A DNA stretch of 63,405 nucleotides, filler included, from Anaerolineae bacterium (GTDB lineage: Bacteria; Chloroflexota; Anaerolineae; B4-G1; DUEL01): NCBI GenBank assembly GCA_041082215.1. It is 7 parts of 7 records of this genome, joined end to end, with 100 filler letters (N's around TTAATTAATTAA, not from the genome) between each part and the next. Parts side by side here need not be neighbours in the genome. Positions count along the whole stretch, not along the records: positions 1 to 25,530 come from JBDOIF010000163.1; 6 more parts are not named here. One strand, 5' to 3'. Below the pieces are notes generated by a model. It was not told where the DNA came from and searched no databases. It saw nothing but the letters and a program-made list of their open reading frames with translations. A program made the translations under genes and the position numbers. Shown in pieces: positions 8,225-17,350 of the stretch; within the stretch, counting starts at the first letter, position 1; every line of letters starts with the position of its first letter.

Positions 8225-9903
8225 TCGGCCTCCTTTTGAGGCGACGGGGAGGACTTGCCAGATTGGCTGCGGATCTCATCGTAGACGCTGAACCAGTCCA
8301 GCATCTCCGTCCGTCGCCGTTCCGCCTCCTGCTCCCGCTGACGACGCCGGGCAGCCTCGATGTGGGAGAAGATCTCCGCCTGCACGGCGTCGGGGCGATA
8401 GACCGTTCGGAAGTGGAAGGCCCCGGCCGGTGCAGCGGTCTCCACGACCACGTCTCCAAAGTGCAGGACCCGCCCCCAGAAGCTCTGAGCAAACCGGACG
8501 TTGGTGATCTGCTCCAGCCTGGCCTCCCGTCGCTCTTCCCGTATGAAAAAGGGGAGCCGCTCTACATGGATGATGCGGGTCGCCGTCACCTGATAGTAGT
8601 CATTCTGCCAGTCCTCCACCTGCCAGAGAAACCACGGGATGATGATGAAACTGGCCAGGGCGTAGAGAACGGTAACGGTCGGGTCCGCGCCCGTTTTCGC
8701 AATGACAAAGAGGACAAGGCCAGTGATGGCGAGGAAAAGGAGAACGGGGATCCCCACTGTACGGATCAGGACGATCCAGTGCTTCCGCCACGTGACCGTC
8801 TCCCCCTCCCGGTGCCAGGTCCCACGGACAGGGGTTGAGACGACGGCGGAGATGAGCGCCAGGCAACCAGGCCGTCGGCCCAGCTCCTGGGATGGCTGGG
8901 GAGGAAGTTCTCCAGCGCCTTCTTCTCCCTCCTGGAGGAAATGCTTTCGCATCGCCCGGTAGATCGTCGCCCGCTCGCGTGCGCGGACGAGCGCACGGGC
9001 CCGGGAGATCTGATCGAAGATTGTGTTACGGACCCTGTCCGGCCGGGGGATGCTGCGAAAGACCACCTGGCCAGCCTCCCCTGCGGTCTCGACGATCAGG
9101 TCGCCGTACCCCCAGATGCGGGACGCAATGCCGATCTGAATCTGCTGAATGTCCTGAATGGCCGAGAGGGGGGCAGCGGAAAAGCTGACGCGCACCAGGC
9201 CGGTCCGTTCCCGGTGGATCACCCGCAGGTTGGTGACGACGTAGAGGTCATTCCGCCAGTCAATGTAAGTGTAGAGGGAAAAGCCCAGCGGGATCAATGT
9301 CAGGATTCCCCCCACCACTGCGGCGAACACACCCCACTGCTCTGCGCCGATTGTGGTGATGAGGAGAGCCAGCAGGGTCATCAGACCGGGAACGAGAAGG
9401 GCCGGCACGAGGACGGCGGGGTGCTTGCGAACCAGTTTGATCACCAGCTCTCCCTCTTCCAGCCAGGGAAAGCGGGGGTATGCCCGGCGCTCGGCTACGT
9501 CGGGGCGCATCCGCAGCGCCCGCTCGATGCCAGGCTCTGTCTCCAACAGGCGGTCAAACGATTCCTTGTCAATGTAAAGGAGCACCGATGGCCTGACACA
9601 TTCCACCGTTGCGTCCCGCACATCTCCCAGCAGGAGAGAAGTTTCACCGAACGCTGCGCCCGGGCCAAGCTCCCCGACAGCCGTCACACGCCCTTCGGGG
9701 TCCACGCGGGTGATCCGCAGGAGGCCCCGCTCAACGATGAAATACTGTCGCCCTGGCTCCCCCTGCTGGCAGACGATCTCTCCGGAACGGTACTCCTTCG
9801 TCTCATGGACAATGGCCGCCAGCGCGCGGAGGTGTGGCCTTGCCAGCCTGGAGAACAGAGGTACGCTCCTGAGCGTCGCGATGATTTCCTCGGTCGAAGG
9901 CAC
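8221..9903 (-). CDS. Membrane protein: N-terminal cNMP-binding domain plus two TM-pair/bPH_2 modules
   Basis: FGETSLL...RDATV cNMP pocket; two repeats of RKH..TM-TM..W.ND.Y.VT..R.IH....YGD/FGD.VVETA. Confidence 0.8.
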   Translation of the reverse strand: MPSTEEIIATLRSVPLFSRLARPHLRALAAIVHETKEYRSGEIVCQQGEPGRQYFIVERGLLRITRVDPEGRVTAVGELGPGAAFGETSLLLGDVRDATVECVRPSVLLYIDKESFDRLLETEPGIERALRMRPDVAERRAYPRFPWLEEGELVIKLVRKHPAVLVPALLVPGLMTLLALLITTIGAEQWGVFAAVVGGILTLIPLGFSLYTYIDWRNDLYVVTNLRVIHRERTGLVRVSFSAAPLSAIQDIQQIQIGIASRIWGYGDLIVETAGEAGQVVFRSIPRPDRVRNTIFDQISRARALVRARERATIYRAMRKHFLQEGEEGAGELPPQPSQELGRRPGCLALISAVVSTPVRGTWHREGETVTWRKHWIVLIRTVGIPVLLFLAITGLVLFVIAKTGADPTVTVLYALASFIIIPWFLWQVEDWQNDYYQVTATRIIHVERLPFFIREERREARLEQITNVRFAQSFWGRVLHFGDVVVETAAPAGAFHFRTVYRPDAVQAEIFSHIEAARRRQREQEAERRRTEMLDWFSVYDEIRSQSGKSSPSPQKEAD

Positions 9904-9941
9904 AGGACCTTTCCCCTTCGGATAAAGTAAAGCTGTATTTA

Positions 9942-9969
9942 ATTATACCATCAAGGCGGGGGAAGACAA
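9942..9969 (-). promoter_or_regulatory. Sigma70 promoter (extended -10) for the cNMP/bPH-def genes
   Basis: Minus strand TTGTCT-16 bp-TATAAT with TG.n extension. Confidence 0.65.
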
Positions 9970-10004
9970 GGCAACATGGTGATAGGTGGTGACTACCTGC
10001 TCAA

Positions 10005-10031
10005 GTAGCGCAGCCTGACAGCCTGCGCTAC
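10005..10031. repeat. GTAG-type REP-like palindrome (copies at 45645, 60080)
   Basis: GTAGCGCAGCCTGACAGCCTGCGCTAC. Confidence 0.75.
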
Positions 10032-10202
10032 GGGCAGCAGATTCACTACCAGACGCTTGTTTGCATAGGCGGAGATTTGAGTATAATAGGCTCAAGCCCA
10101 CAGACTCCCCGCGAAGGAGGTGATGAGAGCCGGTTTTTAAAGGCCCTGCCCCAACCGTTCGCCGATTTTCCGACCCATTCCAGAATAGAGAAGGAGGAGG
10201 AA

Positions 10203-11306
10203 ATGAACAAAAGAATTGGGCTTCTCTTGCCCCTGCTGATAGCCGTCATACTGGTGCTGACCGCCTGCGGCCCCCAGGCCACCCCGACACAAGCCCCGGC
10301 CGAAAAGCTCAAGGTGGCCTTCATATACATCGGCCAGCCCGGCGATCTGGGGTGGACCTATGAGCACGACCGCGGCCGGAAGATGCTGGAAGAGGAACTG
10401 GGAGGCCAGGTGGAGACCATCGTCGTGATGGACGTGCCGGAAGGCCCGGATGCCGAAAAGGCGATCCGCGACGTGGTCCAGCAGGGAGCACAGGTCGTCT
10501 TCGCCACCAGCTTTGGCTATATGGACCCCATGCTGACCGTCGCCCAGGAGTTCCCCGATGTTTACTTTGAGCACTGCTCCGGCTACAAGACCGCCGACAA
10601 CATGGCCACCTACTTCGGCCGGATGTACCAGCCCCGCTACCTTTCCGGCCTGGTCGCCGGCAGCATGACCGAAGCCAACTTCATCGGCTACGTGGCCGCC
10701 CACCCCATCCCCGAGGTCATCCGCGGCATCAACGCTTTCACCCTCGGCGTGCGTAAAGTCAACCCCAACGCCGAGGTCCACGTCGTATGGACCAACACCT
10801 GGTACGATCCGGTGAAGGAGCGGGAGGCAGCCGAGGCGCTGCTGGACGAGGGGGCGGACATCATCGCCCAGCACCAGGACACCACCGAGCCGCAGAAGGC
10901 AGCCAAAGAGCGGAACCTCCTGAGCATCGGCTATGACTCCGATATGCGCCAGTTCGTCGGCGATTCCGTCCTCACCAGCCCGGTCTGGAACTGGGGTAAG
11001 TACTACGTGGCGACAGTGCAGGACATCCTCAACGGCACCTGGACCACCCACCAGTACTGGGGTGGCATGGTTGACGGCGTGGTGGGCCTGGCCGAGTACA
11101 GCCCCCTCGTTCCCGATGAGGTGCGCTCTATAGTGGAGCAGGAAAAGAACCGCATCCTCAGCGGCGAGTGGGATGTGTTCTGCGGCCCCATCGCCGACCA
11201 GGAAGGGAACATCCGCGTGCCTGAGGGGCAGTGCATGAGCGACGCCGATATGCTCAGCTTCGACTGGTTCGTCGAGGGCGTCGTGGGCACCATCCCCACC
11301 CAGTAG
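10203..11306 (+). CDS. BMP/PnrA family ABC substrate-binding lipoprotein (nucleoside/purine type)
   Basis: Lipobox LTAC, DLGWTYEH, FATSFGY, RGINAF.LG, WYDP, QHQD motifs; ATG after AAGGAGGAGG. Confidence 0.92.
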   Translation: MNKRIGLLLPLLIAVILVLTACGPQATPTQAPAEKLKVAFIYIGQPGDLGWTYEHDRGRKMLEEELGGQVETIVVMDVPEGPDAEKAIRDVVQQGAQVVFATSFGYMDPMLTVAQEFPDVYFEHCSGYKTADNMATYFGRMYQPRYLSGLVAGSMTEANFIGYVAAHPIPEVIRGINAFTLGVRKVNPNAEVHVVWTNTWYDPVKEREAAEALLDEGADIIAQHQDTTEPQKAAKERNLLSIGYDSDMRQFVGDSVLTSPVWNWGKYYVATVQDILNGTWTTHQYWGGMVDGVVGLAEYSPLVPDEVRSIVEQEKNRILSGEWDVFCGPIADQEGNIRVPEGQCMSDADMLSFDWFVEGVVGTIPTQ

Positions 11307-11320
11307 CCCCTTAACCCTAA

Positions 11321-11362
11321 CGTGGCCCCCTCCATCCCCCCTCACCACCGGAGGGGGCCACG
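11321..11362 (+). other. Stem-loop after the substrate-binding gene (probable mRNA stabiliser/partial terminator)
   Basis: CGTGGCCCCCTCC ... GGAGGGGGCCACG 13-bp perfect stem. Confidence 0.55.
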
Positions 11363-11382
11363 CCTGCAAAGGGAGGCTTCCC

Positions 11383-12957
11383 GTGGCCATCCGATCGCTC
11401 CAACCTGAGAGACCCCCCGCCCAGCCCCCCGGTCCCCCCTGCGTCGTACAGGTGCGTGGCATCACCAAGCGATTTCCCGGCGTACTGGCCAACGACCATA
11501 TTGACCTGGATGTTTACTCCGGTGAGGTGCTGGCTCTCCTGGGGGAAAACGGCGCGGGCAAGAGCACGCTGATGAACATCCTCTCCGGCCTCTACCACCC
11601 CGACGAAGGCCAGATCATCCTTCATGGTCAGCCTGTCCACTTCCGCTCCCCCCGCGACGCCATAAACCACGGCATCGGCATGGTCCACCAGCACTTCATG
11701 CTTGTCGAAACCCTCACCGCGGCAGAAAACATCCTCCTGGGCTGGCGGTCTGCTGGCTTCCTCCTGCGCCCGGACCAGGTGCGGCGGGAGGTCACCGAAC
11801 TCTCGGAGCGGTACGGCCTGCGGGTGGACCCTGATGCCTACATCTGGCAGCTCTCGGTGGGAGAGCAGCAGCGGGTGGAGATCCTCAAGCTCCTCTACCG
11901 GGGAGCCGACATCCTGATCCTGGACGAGCCAACGGCGGTGCTCACCCCCCAGGAGTCGGCAGAGCTTTCCGCCACCCTCCGGCAGATGGCGGATGAAGGA
12001 AAAGCGGTCATCTTCATCACCCACAAGCTGGATGAGGTGATGGCCTTCGCCGACCGGGTGACGGTGCTGCGGGCCGGGAAGGTCGTCGCCACCCTGCCCA
12101 CCGCTGAGGCGACCAAAGAGGAGCTGGCCCGCCTGATGGTCGGCCGGGAGGTCCTCTTCCGGCTCGATAAGCGGGCCTGTCAGCCCGGAAAGGTGGCCCT
12201 CTCCGTGGAAAACCTGGAGGCGCTGAACGACAAGGGGCTGCCGGCCCTGCGAGGCGTTTCCTTCGAAGTCTGCGAGGGACAGGTCCTGGGCATTGCCGGC
12301 GTGGCGGGCAACGGCCAGCGGGAGCTGGCGGAGGTGATCACCGGCCTCCGCCCTGCCACCGGGGGGCGGGTCCGGGTGTGGGGCCGCGACATCACCAACC
12401 GCTCTCCGCGGGAAGCCATCGAGGCCGGGATCAGCCATATACCCGGCGACCGGGCAGGGGTGGGGCTGGCGCCCAACCTGCCCGTCGCGGAGAACCTGGC
12501 CATGAAGGCCTACCGCCGCCCACCGCTGGCCCGCGGCCCCCTGCTGAACCGGCAGGCCCTCTTATCCTTCGCCCAAAGGCTGATCGAGGCCTTCCGCATC
12601 GCCACACCCACCCTCCAGACACCTGCCCGGCTCCTCTCCGGCGGCAACCAGCAGCGTGTGGTGCTGGCACGGGAGATCACCGCCGGCCGGGGGGTCCTCA
12701 TCGCTGTCCACCCCACCCGCGGGCTGGATGTAGGGGCCACCGAGTCGGTCCGGCGCACCCTACTGGAGCAACGGGACCAGGGGGCAGCAATCCTTCTTAT
12801 CTCGGAGGACCTGGAGGAGCTGCTGGAGCTATCCGACTCCATCGCCGTCCTTTTCGAAGGGCGGATCATGGGCATCCTGCCGACCGACGAGGCGGATATG
12901 GAGGTGCTGGGAATGATGATGGCGGGCGAATCTCCTGGCAGGGAGGCAGGGATATGA
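11383..12957 (+). CDS. ABC transporter ATP-binding protein (two ABC domains, nucleoside/sugar CUT2 type)
   Basis: GENGAGKST, LSVGEQQRVEI, ILDEPT, LSGGNQQR, PTRGLDVGA. Confidence 0.95.
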   Translation: MAIRSLQPERPPAQPPGPPCVVQVRGITKRFPGVLANDHIDLDVYSGEVLALLGENGAGKSTLMNILSGLYHPDEGQIILHGQPVHFRSPRDAINHGIGMVHQHFMLVETLTAAENILLGWRSAGFLLRPDQVRREVTELSERYGLRVDPDAYIWQLSVGEQQRVEILKLLYRGADILILDEPTAVLTPQESAELSATLRQMADEGKAVIFITHKLDEVMAFADRVTVLRAGKVVATLPTAEATKEELARLMVGREVLFRLDKRACQPGKVALSVENLEALNDKGLPALRGVSFEVCEGQVLGIAGVAGNGQRELAEVITGLRPATGGRVRVWGRDITNRSPREAIEAGISHIPGDRAGVGLAPNLPVAENLAMKAYRRPPLARGPLLNRQALLSFAQRLIEAFRIATPTLQTPARLLSGGNQQRVVLAREITAGRGVLIAVHPTRGLDVGATESVRRTLLEQRDQGAAILLISEDLEELLELSDSIAVLFEGRIMGILPTDEADMEVLGMMMAGESPGREAGI

Positions 12958-14048
12958 CCCTTATCTTCGAGAAACGGCTGCAACGCTCTCGCCTGGCCGC
13001 TGCCCTTGTGCCCTTTCTATCCCTCTTCCTGGCTCTGATCTTTGGCGCGGTGATCCTCATCGCCTTCGGGGTGAACCCCCTCCAGGCCTATCAGGTGATG
13101 CTGAAAGGCTCGCTGGGAAGCAGCTATGCCCTTTCCGAGACCCTCGTGAAGGCCACTCCACTGATGTTGACCGGCCTCGGCGTCTCCATCGCCTTCCGTA
13201 TGCTTTTCTGGAACATCGGCGCCGAGGGGCAACTGGCGATGGGGGGCATCGCTGCCACATACGTCGCCCTCTTCCTCAGCGACCAGCTCCCCGCCCCCCT
13301 GATCCTGCCGCTGATGTTCGTCGCGGGGGTGGTGGCAGGCGCGCTGTGGGGGCTGATCCCCGCCTTCCTCCGGGCCGCCGTCGGCGTCAATGAGATCCTT
13401 ACCACGTTGATGATGAACTACATCGCCATTCTTCTGGTCGAATATCTCTACCTGGGGCCGTGGCGGGACCCCCAGGGGTACGGCTTTCCGGGTACGGCCC
13501 CCTTTCCAGAGGTGGCCTGGCTTCCCCGGCTCACAGGGCGCGTTCATGCAGGGTTGATCTTTGCCGTGCTGGCAGCACTGCTGCTGTGGCTCGTCCTCAC
13601 CCGTACCCGCTGGGGGTACGAGATCCAGGTGATCGGGGAAAACCCGCGGGCCGCCCGTTACGCAGGCATCAACATCGGCCGGAACATCCTTCTGGTGATG
13701 CTTCTTTCCGGAGGGCTGGCAGGGATGGCCGGGATGGCGGAGGTGGCCGGCATCTCCCGCCGCCTCTACCACGGCCTCACCGTCGGTTATGGCTATACCG
13801 CCATCATCGTCGCCTGGCTGGCCAACCTGAACCCGTGGGGGGTGCTGCTGGTCGCCTTCCTGATGGGCGCACTGCTGGTGGGCGGCGACCAGCTCCAGGT
13901 TGCCCTCCAGCTCCCCGCCGCCGTCGCCCTGGTGCTCCAGGGAGCGATCCTGTTCTTCATGCTGGGCGGCTCCATCTTTGTCAACTACCGCATCCGGGTG
14001 ATCCGGGGCCATCGGGCAGGAGTGATGAAGGCAAAGGGAAATGAGTGA
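12954..14048 (+). CDS. ABC transporter permease
   Basis: WNIGAEGQ, NEILTT.MMNY, GYGYTAII VA motifs; ATG at 12954 overlaps upstream stop. Confidence 0.92.
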   Translation: MTLIFEKRLQRSRLAAALVPFLSLFLALIFGAVILIAFGVNPLQAYQVMLKGSLGSSYALSETLVKATPLMLTGLGVSIAFRMLFWNIGAEGQLAMGGIAATYVALFLSDQLPAPLILPLMFVAGVVAGALWGLIPAFLRAAVGVNEILTTLMMNYIAILLVEYLYLGPWRDPQGYGFPGTAPFPEVAWLPRLTGRVHAGLIFAVLAALLLWLVLTRTRWGYEIQVIGENPRAARYAGINIGRNILLVMLLSGGLAGMAGMAEVAGISRRLYHGLTVGYGYTAIIVAWLANLNPWGVLLVAFLMGALLVGGDQLQVALQLPAAVALVLQGAILFFMLGGSIFVNYRIRVIRGHRAGVMKAKGNE

Positions 14049-14997
14049 AGCTCTGCTCGTCTCGATCCTGACCATTACCGTCCGTGCTGGCGTTTCGCTC
14101 CTCTACGCCACGCTGGGGGAAATCTACACCGAGCGGTCCGGCGTGCTCAATCTGGGCGTCGAGGGCATTATGATGATGGGCGCCGCCACCGCCTTCGCCG
14201 TGGCCTACCACAGCGGGAGCAGTTGGCTGGGGTTGCTCGCCGCTCTCGGGGCAGGTACACTGATGGCCCTCCTCCACGCCTTCCTCTCCATCTCGCTGCG
14301 GGCCGATCAGGTGGTCAGCGGGCTGGCCCTCACCCTCTTCGGCACGGGGCTGGCCAGCTTTATGGGGCAACGGCTGGGGCCCGGGGGAACGACGATGGTG
14401 GGCCTGCAGGGGCCTGGCTTTCAACGTTTTCCCCTCCCACTGCTGAGCCAGCTCCCCGTGGTCGGCCCCTCCCTCTTCACCCAGGATGTGCTGACCTATT
14501 TTGTATACCTTCTGGTGCCGGTCCTCTGGTTTTACCTCTACAGGACCCAGCCGGGGCTCCATCTGCGGGCTGTGGGAGAGAACCCCCAGGCAGCCGATGC
14601 GATGGGGGTGAACGTCTCTGCCTCCCGCTATCTGTACACCGTCTTCGGCGGCCTCCTGATGGGGATGGCAGGCGCCCATCTCTCACTGGGGTACCTCCAG
14701 GGTTGGGCGGACAACATCACCGGCGGCCGGGGATGGATCGCTATCGCGCTGGTCATCTTTGCCACCTGGGACCCGGTGCGGGCGGTGATCGGCGCGCTCC
14801 TCTTCGGCGGCATCAACGCCATCCAGTTCCGTATGCAGGCGGCAGGCACCACGGTCCCGGCATCCTTCCTGAACATGATGCCCTACTTCTTCACTATCCT
14901 GGTCCTGGTGATGATCACCTGGTGGGAGACGTTCCGTAAACGGGTAGGCGCGCCTGCCGCGCTGGGCCTGCCCTACGTGCGGGAGGAAAAGGGATGA
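14041..14997 (+). CDS. ABC transporter permease
   Basis: ERSGVLNLGVEG, GENPQAADA.G, GRGWIAIALV motifs. Confidence 0.93.
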   Translation: MSEALLVSILTITVRAGVSLLYATLGEIYTERSGVLNLGVEGIMMMGAATAFAVAYHSGSSWLGLLAALGAGTLMALLHAFLSISLRADQVVSGLALTLFGTGLASFMGQRLGPGGTTMVGLQGPGFQRFPLPLLSQLPVVGPSLFTQDVLTYFVYLLVPVLWFYLYRTQPGLHLRAVGENPQAADAMGVNVSASRYLYTVFGGLLMGMAGAHLSLGYLQGWADNITGGRGWIAIALVIFATWDPVRAVIGALLFGGINAIQFRMQAAGTTVPASFLNMMPYFFTILVLVMITWWETFRKRVGAPAALGLPYVREEKG

Positions 14998-16352
14998 CAT
15001 CCGCCTATGTCCTGGGTCTCAAATGCACCATCTGCGGGGCAGAATACGGGGTGGAGGAGGTCGAGTACGTCTGTCCCCACCACGGCGACGACGGCATCCT
15101 GGACGTGGTCTATGACTATACGAAAATCAGAGAGGACATGACGCCGGAAAGGCTGGCCGCCAGCGACGAGCGCTCCATCTGGCGCTATCTGCCCCTCCTC
15201 CCCGTCGCCTCAGAGGTGGCAGAACGGCTGGCCAAAGGAACGGCGCTGGGCAGCGTGGGCTGGACCCCCCTCTACCCCGCCCCCCGGCTGGCCCAGCGGC
15301 TGGGACTGCGCCACCTCTGGGTAAAAGACGACAGCCGCCAGCCCACCGCCTCCTTCAAGGACCGGGCCTCGGCTATCGCGGTGGTCAAGGCCCGTGAGAA
15401 GGGAGCAAAGGTGGTGACCACCGCCAGCACCGGCAACGCCGCCGCCGCCCTCGCCGGCCTCTGCGCCGCCGTGGGCCAGCCCAACGTCATCTTCGTCCCC
15501 CGCACCGCCCCCCAGGCCAAAGTGGCCCAGCTCCTGGCCTACGGCTCCACCGTCCTTCTGGTGGACGGCTCCTACGACCAGGCCTTCGAACTGTGCCTGG
15601 AGGCAGCGCGGACCTTCGGCTGGTACAACCGGAACACCGCCTACAACCCCTATATGTCTGAAGGAAAGAAGACGGCAGCCTACGAGATCTGTGAGCAATT
15701 GGGCAGGGGGTCTGTAGGGGCAACCTGCAGGGGGTCTGTAGGGGCAACCTGCAGGGGGCCTGTAGGGGCAACCTGCAGGTTGCCCCTACAGGCCCCCGAT
15801 GCCATCCTCGTCCCCGTCGGCGACGGCTGTATCATCGGCGGCATCCATAAGGGGCTGCGGGACCTGGCGGCGCTGGGCTGGATCGAGCACATACCCCGTA
15901 TCATCGGCGTCCAGGCAGCCGGCTCCTCCCCACTGGTGGACGCCTGGGAGCGGGGGCTGGAGGGATGGGAGATGAGGCCAGTAGAGGCCCACTCGGTCGC
16001 CGACAGCATCGTAGCCGGACTCCCCCGCGATCGGATCAAGGCCCTGCGGGCAGTGCGAGAGACCGGCGGGGCCTTCCTCCGCGTGAGCGACGAGGAGATC
16101 CTGGCCGCCATCCCCATCCTCGCCCAGGGGGTGGGGGTCTTCGCCGAACCCGCCGCCGCCGCAGCCTATGCCGGCCTGGTGCGGGCGGTGGAGCAGGGAC
16201 TGGTGAGCGCAGCAGACCGGGTGGTCGTGCTCGCTACCGGCTCCGGCCTCAAAGACGTCGCCAGCGCGATGAAGGCAGTGGGCCAGGCCCGACTCATCGC
16301 CCCCGACCTGAAAGAGGTCCGGCGGGTAATGAAAGGAGCACTAGCCACCTGA
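14994..16352 (+). CDS. thrC: Threonine synthase-like PLP enzyme, carrying an in-frame palindromic insert
   Basis: N-terminal CxxC..C, PTASFKDR (PLP Lys), ASTGNA, EGKKT, PVGDG, EPAAA, TGSGLKD. Confidence 0.8.
   Translation: MTSAYVLGLKCTICGAEYGVEEVEYVCPHHGDDGILDVVYDYTKIREDMTPERLAASDERSIWRYLPLLPVASEVAERLAKGTALGSVGWTPLYPAPRLAQRLGLRHLWVKDDSRQPTASFKDRASAIAVVKAREKGAKVVTTASTGNAAAALAGLCAAVGQPNVIFVPRTAPQAKVAQLLAYGSTVLLVDGSYDQAFELCLEAARTFGWYNRNTAYNPYMSEGKKTAAYEICEQLGRGSVGATCRGSVGATCRGPVGATCRLPLQAPDAILVPVGDGCIIGGIHKGLRDLAALGWIEHIPRIIGVQAAGSSPLVDAWERGLEGWEMRPVEAHSVADSIVAGLPRDRIKALRAVRETGGAFLRVSDEEILAAIPILAQGVGVFAEPAAAAAYAGLVRAVEQGLVSAADRVVVLATGSGLKDVASAMKAVGQARLIAPDLKEVRRVMKGALAT
15703..15797. repeat. 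Three 24-bp tandem units ending in a perfect 44-bp GTAG-type palindrome, inside thrC
   Basis: GCAGGGGGTCTGTAGGGGCAACCT x3; 15754-15797 is its own reverse complement. Confidence 0.9.
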
Positions 16353-16378
16353 CACTTCTGTCGGAGCCAAGGAAGCTT

Positions 16379-16492
16379 ATCGCGAATGATGCGAACGGAC
16401 CGAATGTCACGAATGTTTCCAGGCAGTTCTGGCCTTATTGGGGCCTATTTCGCACCATTCGTGTCATTTGCCTGATTCGCAGGATTCGCGAT
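16379..16492. repeat. 9-bp-period inverted repeat (4x CGAAT ... 4x ATTCG)
   Basis: ATCGCGAAT GATGCGAAC GGACCGAAT GTCACGAAT ... ATTCGTGTC ATTTGCCTG ATTCGCAGG ATTCGCGAT. Confidence 0.8.
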
Positions 16493-16529
16493 CTACAAAA
16501 TTGTCCGGTGGTTTGAAAGGAGCACAAGC

Positions 16530-17348
16530 ATGAAGGTCCTGATCTCAGTAGATATGGAGGGCATCGCCGGCGTGGTGACGATGGACCACGTGATGTCCGA
16601 CCAGAAGGAATACGAACGCTTCCGCAAGCTGATGACGGCGGAGGCCAACGCCGCCATCGAGGGGGCGCTGGCCGGCGGGGCGACGGAGGTCGTCGTCAAC
16701 GACAGCCACGGCTCGATGACCAACCTGCTGATCGAGGAGCTGAACCCAAAAGCCGAGCTGATCTCCGGCCACCTCAAACCCTTTGGAATGATGGAAGGGA
16801 TTGACAGGGGAGTGGACAGGGCCTTCTTCGTGGGTTACCACGCAGCGGTCGGCACAGGCAGGGCGGTGATGGAACACACCTGGAGCGGCCGGACCGTGGG
16901 GGAGGTCTCCCTCAACGGCCGGGTGGTCGGCGAGACGGGCTTCAACGCCGCCCTGGCCGGGGCCTTCGGCGTCCCCGTCGTCCTGGTGAGCGGCGACCGG
17001 GCGGTGACGGAGGAAGCGCGGGCGCTTCTGGGAGAGATCGAGACCGTGGCGGTCAAGGAAGGGGTGAGCCGATACGCGGCCCGCTGTCTCCACCCTCAGG
17101 TCGCGCAGGAACGGATCCGGGAAGCGGCCAGGCGGGCCATGCGGGTAGAAGTGGCTCCCTTCGTTGTCCCTCCGCCGATCCGGCTGCGCATCACCTTCCT
17201 GCGCACAATGCACGCCGACGGGGCCGCCCTGTTGCCCGGGAGCCGGCGGCTGGACGGACGCACGGTCGAGTGGCTCGGAGAGGACATGCCGGCAGCCTAT
17301 CAGGCCCTGCAGGCGATGACCGCGCTGGCGTGGTTTACAGAACGATGA
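16530..17348 (+). CDS. dppA: M55 family D-aminopeptidase (DppA)
   Basis: ISVDMEG, VNDSHG, FVGYHA, EHT, GE...N, SGD motifs. Confidence 0.92.
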   Translation: MKVLISVDMEGIAGVVTMDHVMSDQKEYERFRKLMTAEANAAIEGALAGGATEVVVNDSHGSMTNLLIEELNPKAELISGHLKPFGMMEGIDRGVDRAFFVGYHAAVGTGRAVMEHTWSGRTVGEVSLNGRVVGETGFNAALAGAFGVPVVLVSGDRAVTEEARALLGEIETVAVKEGVSRYAARCLHPQVAQERIREAARRAMRVEVAPFVVPPPIRLRITFLRTMHADGAALLPGSRRLDGRTVEWLGEDMPAAYQALQAMTALAWFTER

Positions 17349-17350
17349 GG

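Noticed and set aside
10090..10200. Purine or other known riboswitch upstream of the BMP operon
   Set aside because: No recognisable aptamer consensus or terminator by eye; an Rfam scan would be needed
15703..15797. Possible mini-CRISPR (24-bp repeats)
   Set aside because: Units are directly tandem with no unique spacers, lie inside a CDS, and no cas genes are present
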